DNA of 64,000 nucleotides. Origin: Burkholderiaceae bacterium (GTDB lineage Bacteria; Pseudomonadota; Gammaproteobacteria; Burkholderiales; Burkholderiaceae_B). Both the position numbers and the translations under genes were made by a program. The number at the start of each line of letters is the position of its first letter. Within the stretch, counting starts at the first letter, position 1. The DNA is taken from NCBI GenBank assembly GCA_030728985.1, contig JANQYI010000013.1, positions 43,648 through 107,647 on the forward strand. The letters are read 5' to 3'. Shown here one piece after another: positions 19,777 through 27,349 of the stretch. The notes beneath the pieces are model-generated. The model was not told where the DNA came from. It did not search any database and worked only from the letters and a program-made list of their open reading frames with translations.

Positions 19777-20403
19777 ATGTCCTGGCGCGCTCTCATCTTC
19801 TTCCTGTTGCTTGCACTGGTCGCCTCTTGGCAAGGCGGTCGACAACTTGGTCTGTGGCTCGTGGAGCAGGCACCCGAGTCGATCGCCTCGTCTTCCAACG
19901 CAAGGGAGACCCGGGGTCAAGTGCTCGATGCGGATGGCAAGCCCTTGGCGCCCCAACCTCCTCAGCCTCGTATAGACGGTACGCTCGGTGTGCCTCGAGA
20001 AATGGCACCGGTCGAATGGACGATCGAAGCCGTGGTTGCCTCGCGTGCAGATGCAAACTCTTACAAAAAAGAGGGTGATGAAGACGAAGACGAGGGTGAC
20101 GAATCACAAGAAGACAATGATGAGCGCCGCGATCGCGCCAGAGATCCCGACGGTGTTCGCACTGTCGATGTCCGTGCGCCCGCTTCAGGTTCTTCTACAA
20201 CTCGCCCTGTGATAACACCTGCACCACTTTTCACTTGGCGAGACGAGCTTAAAAAAGAACTGACAAAATGCAGCAGTGTGGGATTTTTCAGACGTCCTGG
20301 CTGCATCGATGCGGCACAAACAAAATACTGTGAACCTAACAATGCCTGGGGCAAGGTCGCGGAGTGCCCAGATCGCAGCACGACCAACATTTCGGGCGGC
20401 TAA
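19777..20403 (+). CDS. Hypothetical membrane-anchored/exported protein with acidic linker and C-terminal four-Cys domain
   Basis: N-terminal hydrophobic helix; EGDEDEDEGDESQEDNDE; C...GFFRRPGC...YC...WGKVAECP. Confidence 0.65.
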   Translation: MSWRALIFFLLLALVASWQGGRQLGLWLVEQAPESIASSSNARETRGQVLDADGKPLAPQPPQPRIDGTLGVPREMAPVEWTIEAVVASRADANSYKKEGDEDEDEGDESQEDNDERRDRARDPDGVRTVDVRAPASGSSTTRPVITPAPLFTWRDELKKELTKCSSVGFFRRPGCIDAAQTKYCEPNNAWGKVAECPDRSTTNISGG

Positions 20404-20404
20404 C

Positions 20405-21898
20405 CTAACCTGCTCCCGCCTGGGATTTGCGCAATGGCGCAGTCGGGATTCTCATTTGTTCACGATATTTTGCCACTGTTCGACGGGCAATCGTAATGCC
20501 ATCCTTGTCCAGCAGACTCGCCAACTGACTATCCGAAAAAGGACGCGCCCGGTCTTCTTGACGGATCAGCGCCTGAATGCGAGTCTGAACCGCCGTCGAA
20601 GACGTCGCCTCCCCGCCCTCGGTGGACAACCCCGTACTGAAAAATCTCTTTAACTCCAGCGTCCCGAATGGCGTCACCATATATTTTTGCGTAGTCGCGC
20701 GAGAGATGGTTGATTCATGCATCCCTAGTTCTAGCGCCACATCCTTGAGTGTGAGTGGCCGAACCGCCTCCCAGCCTTTAGTAAAAAACACTTGTTGGTG
20801 CGCCACGATGACTTGAGAGACTCGCAAAATCGTCTCAAAACGTTGCGCAACATTACGTATCATCCAGCGCGCTTCTTGTAACTGCCCATGCAACGCACTA
20901 TTTGCTCCGCCACGCGGACTCCCCAGTGCCTCGGCATACAAGGCGTTGACGCGTAATTTTGGCATCACGGCATCATTGAGCTGAGCCTCCCAGCCCTTAC
21001 GCGTTTTACGGACAATCACATCCGGGACCGCAAAGTCGGCGGCAGGCTTATTCCAAAAACTGCCAGGTCGCGGATTCAGCCGCACAATCAACGCGTGGGC
21101 TCGACGCAATTGATCCGTCTCGCATTGCAGAGCCTCTCGAAGCTTTGTCATATTTCCCGTCGCCAAAATATTGAGGTGCTGCTGACAAAGGCGGCGAGCC
21201 AACACCAAAAGTTCAGCATCTCGGACCTCCGGCAGGCGCTCAGGATCTGCATATTGCAACTGCAAGTCCAAACACTCGGCCAAGTCTCGCGCTCCCACTC
21301 CGGGGGGATCAAGCGACTGCAAAAACTTGAGCGCCATTTGAAAATCCTCTAGCACTACGCCCGACTCTGGCTGCATCCAATCGACGATCTCTTCGAGAGG
21401 AGACGCTAATAAGCCATCATCGTTCAGTTCATCGATGAGCAAACTTACAATCGCCGCGTCCCGTGGACTCAATCGCGTTGTACCCAGCTGACTGAGCAAA
21501 TACTCCCTCAAATTACTCTCGCGAGCCGCTTCAGGTCGATCGGTGAGCTCATCATCCCGAGATTGACGCGTTTCCGTTGAAAACTCCAGGCGTTCCCGCT
21601 CTGCGGGAGCGTCGTACTCTGGGGGAAGGCTGTCTTGCGCCTCAATATCCCCCTGGACTTCATTTAAAGGGGGCTGCGAGCCTTCAAAAACATCGCCCTT
21701 TGCTGTGGTGGCGCCTAAGGGACCGGGGTCCTGTAGGCCTTCTCCCTCTACCTCAAGCATCGGGTTTTCCGCCAGCGCCTTCGCCACTTCGGCCTCCAGG
21801 TCGAGGGTCGACAACTGCAAAAGTCGAAGGGACTGTTGCAGTGCCGGGGTCAGTGTCAAACTCTGACCAAGACGAAGTTCGAGAAAATTGCGAGTCAT
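20405..21898 (-). CDS. rpoN: RNA polymerase sigma-54 factor
   Basis: Region I LTPALQQSLRLLQL, PPGVGAR, HESTISRAT helix-turn-helix, RpoN box ARRTVAKYRE; start set at ATG 21898. Confidence 0.95.
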   Translation of the reverse strand: MTRNFLELRLGQSLTLTPALQQSLRLLQLSTLDLEAEVAKALAENPMLEVEGEGLQDPGPLGATTAKGDVFEGSQPPLNEVQGDIEAQDSLPPEYDAPAERERLEFSTETRQSRDDELTDRPEAARESNLREYLLSQLGTTRLSPRDAAIVSLLIDELNDDGLLASPLEEIVDWMQPESGVVLEDFQMALKFLQSLDPPGVGARDLAECLDLQLQYADPERLPEVRDAELLVLARRLCQQHLNILATGNMTKLREALQCETDQLRRAHALIVRLNPRPGSFWNKPAADFAVPDVIVRKTRKGWEAQLNDAVMPKLRVNALYAEALGSPRGGANSALHGQLQEARWMIRNVAQRFETILRVSQVIVAHQQVFFTKGWEAVRPLTLKDVALELGMHESTISRATTQKYMVTPFGTLELKRFFSTGLSTEGGEATSSTAVQTRIQALIRQEDRARPFSDSQLASLLDKDGITIARRTVAKYREQMRIPTAPLRKSQAGAG

Positions 21899-21914
21899 AG
21901 GTACAATATTTTGC

Positions 21915-22577
21915 ATGATGAACACACCAAACACCGCAAATATCCGAAAAGATGTCTATCTTCTGGGCAATACGTTGTTACGCCTGGGACTTCCACGGCT
22001 CATTATTCGCCTGGTTGTGACGCTCAGTGTGCTGGCACTACTCCTTTATTGCATACAAGGCATTCTTGCACGAGGACGAGGTTGGCTCGAATTTGGTTTA
22101 CATGTTTCTGGCCTGAACGACATCCTTGGCAAAACGGTCATTGAATTCGTCATGCAATACCAAAAGTTCTTTTGGTGGTTAATCGCAGCGTTGCTTGCAC
22201 TATTTGTTCTTAGTTTGATGATGGGCTGGTTACGCAGCAGCATCAAGCGCGGTCGCAGCGCTCTGGTCCCCTTGGGTGAAGTTCGCAAACTCTGTGCGGG
22301 CCTCAGCGTAGAGGGCCTCGATGTTCTAGACTGGGTCTGGCGTGACAAGTCTTCGCCCATTACCGTAGGAAATCTGCAAACGACCCTCTCCCAACTCCGT
22401 ACAGGACGCCAGCGCAAACTCGACCTCGCCCGTGCCCAAAAGCAGGAGTTGGCCTTAGCGCTCAGTCCAAAAGACGCTCTTTCTCCCGACGACTCTTCTG
22501 AACACCCACAAGAAAAGCCGCCCGAAACTGCGCCTCTTGATCGTAGCGGTCACCGCGAACCTACCCTGCTTGCCTAA
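21915..22577 (+). CDS. Hypothetical membrane protein
   Basis: Two hydrophobic segments, C-terminal REPTLL; ATG at 21915/21918 avoids overlap with rpoN. Confidence 0.65.
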   Translation: MMNTPNTANIRKDVYLLGNTLLRLGLPRLIIRLVVTLSVLALLLYCIQGILARGRGWLEFGLHVSGLNDILGKTVIEFVMQYQKFFWWLIAALLALFVLSLMMGWLRSSIKRGRSALVPLGEVRKLCAGLSVEGLDVLDWVWRDKSSPITVGNLQTTLSQLRTGRQRKLDLARAQKQELALALSPKDALSPDDSSEHPQEKPPETAPLDRSGHREPTLLA

Positions 22578-22648
22578 AAGTCTGCTCGCAAAGCTTTCAA
22601 AACACAAGAGACTTGCTTTTAACAGCTATTTATGTTTATCTTATGAGT

Positions 22649-22777
22649 ATGCGTGCTTTCATTTCCTGTTCAGCCTGTCCTCTTCAGACAAACATCGCTT
22701 CTTTAGGCGGTGGCACCTTGCGCGCGTCCGCACTCAGCCTTCTACCGCTGCTACTAGCGATCGGTTGCCGGACCTAG
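22649..22777 (+). CDS. Leucine attenuator leader peptide (MRAFISC...SALSLLPLLLAIGCRT)
   Basis: Short ORF with CTC AGC CTT CTA CCG CTG CTA CTA Leu cluster (three CTA codons) upstream of leuA; start 22643 or 22649. Confidence 0.75.
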   Translation: MRAFISCSACPLQTNIASLGGGTLRASALSLLPLLLAIGCRT

Positions 22778-22806
22778 CGTCCCGTGGCAGTCCGGCAGCC
22801 TTTTTT
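22763..22806 (+). terminator. Attenuator terminator upstream of leuA
   Basis: GGTTGCCGGAC (22763-22773) / GTCCGGCAGCC (22790-22800) followed by TTTTTT; 5' arm overlaps the end of the leader ORF. Confidence 0.75.
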
Positions 22807-22937
22807 GGCCACTCGCATTACCCCCAACACATTCCCAAATTTAAGCCCCGTGCAACCGGATGTTGGTCAAAAACCAACAATCGATTATTACGATGCCTAG
22901 GACACAAGGCATCTGTCAAACAGAATTGAGGTTAAAC

Positions 22938-24608
22938 ATGCTTTCGAATCCCGCCACGAAATACATCCCGTTCAAACCCTTCGAACGTGATTTCTCAGAA
23001 CGCACCTGGCCTACCAAGCGGATTACCCATCCGCCTATCTGGATGAGTACGGACCTGCGAGATGGCAACCAGTCCTTGATTGAACCCATGAGCGTCGAGC
23101 GCAAACTGCGCTTTTTCGACATGCTCATCAAAATCGGTTTCAAAGAAATCGAAGTGGGATTCCCCTCTGCATCACAAACAGACTTTGATTTTGTCCGTAC
23201 GCTCGTCGATGAAAAGCGTATTCCCGATGACGTCACCATCATTGCCCTGACTCAGGCACGTCCCGAACTCATCGAACGCACCGTCGAGTCGGCTGCCGGT
23301 GCCAAGCGCGCCATGATTCATTTGTACAACGCTTGCGCGCCTGGTTTTCGCCGCATCGTCTTCAACATGAATCGCGAAGAGGTCAAACAAGTCGCGATCG
23401 AAGGCACCAAGTGCGTGATGGCTTGTATGGCCAAACACCCTGAAACAGAATGGTTATACGAGTATTCTCCCGAGGTCTTTAGCACCACCGAACCCGACTT
23501 TGCGCTCGAGGTTTGCAATGCCGTGACCGATACTTGGAAACCAACGCCTCAGCGCAAAATCATTTATAACTTGCCGGCGACCATCGAGGCCACCACCCCG
23601 AACATGTATGCCGATCAGATCGAGTACATGCATCACAACCTGAACAAACGCGACAGCATCATCATCAGTTTGCACCCACATAACGATCGCGGCACTGCCG
23701 TGGCTGCCGCCGAGCTCGGCTTAATGGCTGGTGCGGATCGGGTCGAGGGCTGCTTGTTTGGTAACGGCGAGCGCACCGGTAACGTTGATCTCGTGACCCT
23801 GGCCTTGAACCTCTACACACAAGGCATCCATCCTGGCTTAGATTTTTCTGACATCGACGAAGTGCGTCGCTGCGTGGAGTTTTGTAATCAATTGCCCGTT
23901 CATCCTCGCCATCCTTATGCGGGCGACCTCGTCTTTACGGCCTTCTCGGGCTCGCATCAGGATGCAATCAAAAAAGGGTTTGCCGTTCAAAAAGCAGATG
24001 CGATTTGGGAAGTGCCTTATTTACCCATCGACCCAGCCGACCTCGGCCGCAACTACGATGCGGTGATCCGCGTGAACAGCCAGTCCGGCAAAGGTGGCGT
24101 GTCCTACTTGCTCGAACAAGAACATGGCTTGGCCTTGCCACGTCGCTTACAAATCGAATTCAGCCGCGCGATTCAACGCGTCACGGATGAGACGGGTCGC
24201 GAAGTCACTGCCACCGATGTTTACAGCATTTTCAACAGCGAATATTTGGCTCAAACCGAGCCATGGAGGTTGATTAAGCATCGCATCACGGGCGACCCAA
24301 GCGCGGCCGAAGGAAAACACTTTACGATTGAGGCGGAGTTTGATGTCGGTGGTGAGCGACGCACCTTGACCGGCTCAGGCGATGGCGCGATCTCGGCGTT
24401 TGTCGACTGTCTCGGTATTCCCGTGCGCATTATGGATTATCACGAACATGCCATCGGCATGGGCACAGACACCCGAGCGGCCTGTTACGTCGAAGCGCGA
24501 ATTGAAGAGGGTGCGACTGGCTTCGGAGTTGGCATTGACCGCGATATCGTCACAGCCTCCTTCAAAGCGGTTCTAAGCGCATTAAATCGGCACATTAAAG
24601 CCGCCTAA
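22938..24608 (+). CDS. leuA: 2-isopropylmalate synthase
   Basis: [54 protein letters not shown]; GAGG RBS before ATG 22938. Confidence 0.97.
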   Translation: MLSNPATKYIPFKPFERDFSERTWPTKRITHPPIWMSTDLRDGNQSLIEPMSVERKLRFFDMLIKIGFKEIEVGFPSASQTDFDFVRTLVDEKRIPDDVTIIALTQARPELIERTVESAAGAKRAMIHLYNACAPGFRRIVFNMNREEVKQVAIEGTKCVMACMAKHPETEWLYEYSPEVFSTTEPDFALEVCNAVTDTWKPTPQRKIIYNLPATIEATTPNMYADQIEYMHHNLNKRDSIIISLHPHNDRGTAVAAAELGLMAGADRVEGCLFGNGERTGNVDLVTLALNLYTQGIHPGLDFSDIDEVRRCVEFCNQLPVHPRHPYAGDLVFTAFSGSHQDAIKKGFAVQKADAIWEVPYLPIDPADLGRNYDAVIRVNSQSGKGGVSYLLEQEHGLALPRRLQIEFSRAIQRVTDETGREVTATDVYSIFNSEYLAQTEPWRLIKHRITGDPSAAEGKHFTIEAEFDVGGERRTLTGSGDGAISAFVDCLGIPVRIMDYHEHAIGMGTDTRAACYVEARIEEGATGFGVGIDRDIVTASFKAVLSALNRHIKAA

Positions 24609-25429
24609 TTGCGCTGTTCTATATGCCCACGAGCGCCTTCTTTCGGGCGCTCGTTTTCTTTTTGTAGTGCGACAATTTCTTCTGGCTCAAACCCTGCTGC
24701 CAAGCGAGCTTCAATATTAAATGGACCTTTCAGCACAGGGGCCCGATATTGAGCCGCCAGTTCGGCATACGTTTGAACGGGCTCAAGGTCGCGCGAGGTA
24801 CACAACCAGCGATACCAATAATTACCGATCGCCACATGGCCAATCTCATCGCGCAAAATAATGTCGATGATGCCCGCACCTTTGGGGTCGCCCCCGCTCG
24901 CGAGTTTGTGACGTACCGCTGGCGATGCATCCAAGCCTCGTGCCTCCAACGTCCGAGGCACAAGCGCCAGACGAGCCAGCACATCGTCTTGCGTGCGCTC
25001 GGCCATCTCCCAGAGTCCATCATGTGCGGGAAAGTCACCATAGCGATAACCCAGCGTATTCAAATGCGTCTCCAGCATCTGAAAGTGCGAAGCCTCCTCG
25101 ATCGCAACCCCCATCCATTGGCGATAAAACTCCTCAGGCATGTCGGAAAATCGCCACACCACATCCAGTGCTAAATTAATCGCATTGAATTCAATGTGCG
25201 CGAGGGCATGCAACAAAATCGCTCGTCCCTCGAGCGTGTGGACACTGCGCAATCCCAGGCCCGCGGGCGGCACGAGTGCCACCGGAGGACGACCAGGGAT
25301 GAACCCGACCGCCTCAAACGCGCGCACAACATCCACCGGGGTATCCATCCCGACCTGATCCAACAGGGCGGCTTTGTCGGCCCACGTTGTTTTACTCAGC
25401 GCCCGTCGCGCAAGTTCTCGTAGCTCCAT
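24605..25429 (-). CDS. Ferritin-like DUF455-type protein
   Basis: [37 protein letters not shown] di-iron motifs. Confidence 0.88.
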   Translation of the reverse strand: MELRELARRALSKTTWADKAALLDQVGMDTPVDVVRAFEAVGFIPGRPPVALVPPAGLGLRSVHTLEGRAILLHALAHIEFNAINLALDVVWRFSDMPEEFYRQWMGVAIEEASHFQMLETHLNTLGYRYGDFPAHDGLWEMAERTQDDVLARLALVPRTLEARGLDASPAVRHKLASGGDPKGAGIIDIILRDEIGHVAIGNYWYRWLCTSRDLEPVQTYAELAAQYRAPVLKGPFNIEARLAAGFEPEEIVALQKENERPKEGARGHIEQRN

Positions 25430-25475
25430 GACGTTTTATTCACCCGTTTTAGACTCAATTGGTAATATTGCAATT

Positions 25476-25955
25476 ATGTCTGATCTTCTCAACACCGCGC
25501 ACAGCACTCCTTATGCTCGCATTCCTTCCGCAGCCCTAATTCCTGGACTACTAGGATTGCTGCCCTTCTGGGGGCTGGCACTCTCGACGGAGCTCTCGAC
25601 TGGAGTCGATCCGATTCTGGCCCTCATGGCGCTCATCATGTATGGCGCGATTATCCTTAGCTTTGTCGGCGCACTCTGGTGGGGAATAGCCGTACATGCC
25701 CCAGCCTCAACGCTTCGATCAGCGATGTTTGTCTGGAGCGTCGTGCCTGCGTTAATTGGCTGGGCCTCGATCATGACAGAACCCGCGGTGGGCTTGCGGA
25801 TGCTGATTGGCGGCCTGGCACTCCAATGGGTACTTGATGGCTTGCTTAGGCGCAAGGTCTCCAACCTCATCCCGCCGTGGGTGTTCAAACTGCGAACCCT
25901 ACTCACCCTAGGCGCCACTAGCGCTCTAGGCTTTACCTGGTGGCAGCTCAGCTAA
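25476..25955 (+). CDS. DUF3429-like membrane protein
   Basis: GLLPF, YGAIILSFVGALWWG, SVVPALIGW, LRTLLT; start set at ATG 25476. Confidence 0.8.
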   Translation: MSDLLNTAHSTPYARIPSAALIPGLLGLLPFWGLALSTELSTGVDPILALMALIMYGAIILSFVGALWWGIAVHAPASTLRSAMFVWSVVPALIGWASIMTEPAVGLRMLIGGLALQWVLDGLLRRKVSNLIPPWVFKLRTLLTLGATSALGFTWWQLS

Positions 25956-25998
25956 TCAGAGGCATCGCTTTGCGGCGAAAACCAACGTCCTCGACCGC

Positions 25999-26496
25999 TT
26001 AGGCAGCGACTTTCTTTTTGCGGTTTTTTTTCTCTGGGACGGCCAGCATCGTAAAGCGGCAAGTGGATGCACCACACCGGCACTCGTACTGAGCCTTCAG
26101 CTTTTTAGTGAGCTTTTCATCATCGATGACCAGACCATAATCATAGTTGAGCTCCTCACCCCTTTTGATATCGCGCTTGGCAACGATATGGACGCGCTTG
26201 CCTCCCTTGCCCTCGCTACTTTCGCAGTTTGGCTCACAAGAGTGATTGATCCAGCGGGCTTCATTGCCTTGGTCATCCCCGTCAATGACTTTACCCGTAC
26301 TCAGTGAAAAGAAAAACGTATGAAAGGGATCATCGGGATTCGTGGGATGACGACGATCTGCCTCTTTGGCGCTGATCGTTTTACCCCCGTACTCTATGAT
26401 GCGCGTACCCTTGGGAATATTTCGCGCAGCAAAAACACCGTTACCATGCACCGCAGATCGCCTGACGATGTGCCAGGGCTTTTCAATTGTTGTCAT
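25999..26496 (-). CDS. SET-domain protein-lysine methyltransferase
   Basis: SAVHGNGVFA, EYGG, RWINHSCEPNC, ELNYDY, post-SET CRCGASTC; basic C-terminus KKNRKKK. Confidence 0.93.
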   Translation of the reverse strand: MTTIEKPWHIVRRSAVHGNGVFAARNIPKGTRIIEYGGKTISAKEADRRHPTNPDDPFHTFFFSLSTGKVIDGDDQGNEARWINHSCEPNCESSEGKGGKRVHIVAKRDIKRGEELNYDYGLVIDDEKLTKKLKAQYECRCGASTCRFTMLAVPEKKNRKKKVAA

Positions 26497-26514
26497 AAAC
26501 CAAGCGTTAAATAA

Positions 26515-27336
26515 TCAAGTGCGTTTTACACCAAAACAATGCTGTGCCTCAGGAAACTTGCCGCCCCGCACCTCATCCGCATATTGCTGAACCGCGTTTC
26601 GCATGATCGTATCCAAGTCCGCATACCGCTTGACAAACTTCGGCACACGATTACCACTCAGTCCCAGCATGTCGTCGGTTACCAAAATCTGACCATCGCA
26701 AGAGGGCGAGGCGCCAATACCAATGGTGGGAATAGATACCTTGGCGGTGATCTCGGCGCCAAGTGTTTCCGCCACGCCTTCAAGTACAACGCCAAAAGCG
26801 CCTGCCTTTTCGAGCGCTTGGGCATCCGCCAAAATCCGCGCTGCAGAATCAGGTGTTTTCCCCTGGGCTAAATAACCGCCCATCGTATTGACATACTGAG
26901 GCATCAAACCGACATGCGCCAACACAGGAATCCCTCGGCTCACAAGGTACTCTGCCGTCTCGGCCATCACCTCGCCGCCTTCAAGCTTGACTGCATCTGC
27001 ACCTTGGCTCAACAAATAGCCCGCACTGCGAAACGCCTGACCTAACGACTCTTGATAGCTTCCAAAAGGCAGGTCGGCCACGATACAAGCACGTTTAGTG
27101 CCTCGCACAACCGCCGCCGTGTGATGACCGATCTGTTCGAGCGAAATTGACAGGGTGTTGGGCAAGCCATACGCCACCATCGCCGTCGAATCACCAATCA
27201 AAATAAAATCCACATAATCATCGATCACTCTTGCCGTTGGTACGCTATATGCGGTCAATGCGACAATCTTGCGCTGTCCTTTGCAAGCCAACAATTGCGG
27301 GACTGTCATTCGTTTTACTTCTGCCTGCGCGCTCAT
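26515..27336 (-). CDS. panB: 3-methyl-2-oxobutanoate hydroxymethyltransferase
   Basis: LTAY, LIGDS, ADLPFGSY, AVKLEGG, HVGLMPQ, TIGIGA, DGQILV, PKFVK. Confidence 0.95.
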   Translation of the reverse strand: MSAQAEVKRMTVPQLLACKGQRKIVALTAYSVPTARVIDDYVDFILIGDSTAMVAYGLPNTLSISLEQIGHHTAAVVRGTKRACIVADLPFGSYQESLGQAFRSAGYLLSQGADAVKLEGGEVMAETAEYLVSRGIPVLAHVGLMPQYVNTMGGYLAQGKTPDSAARILADAQALEKAGAFGVVLEGVAETLGAEITAKVSIPTIGIGASPSCDGQILVTDDMLGLSGNRVPKFVKRYADLDTIMRNAVQQYADEVRGGKFPEAQHCFGVKRT

Positions 27337-27349
27337 CTTGATTCCCTAT

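Noticed and set aside
22711-22721. TGGCACCTTGC as a sigma-54 promoter near rpoN
   Set aside because: GG-to-GC spacing is too short for a -24/-12 promoter
22537-22937. 130-aa ORF and the 26-aa N-terminal extension of leuA
   Set aside because: Region is better explained by promoter, leader peptide and terminator; the leuA RBS supports ATG 22938
25999-26040. KKNRKKK tail of the SET protein as a nuclear localisation signal implying a host effector
   Set aside because: No secretion system or host-association evidence in the window; housekeeping operon context fits DNA/nucleoid binding at least as well
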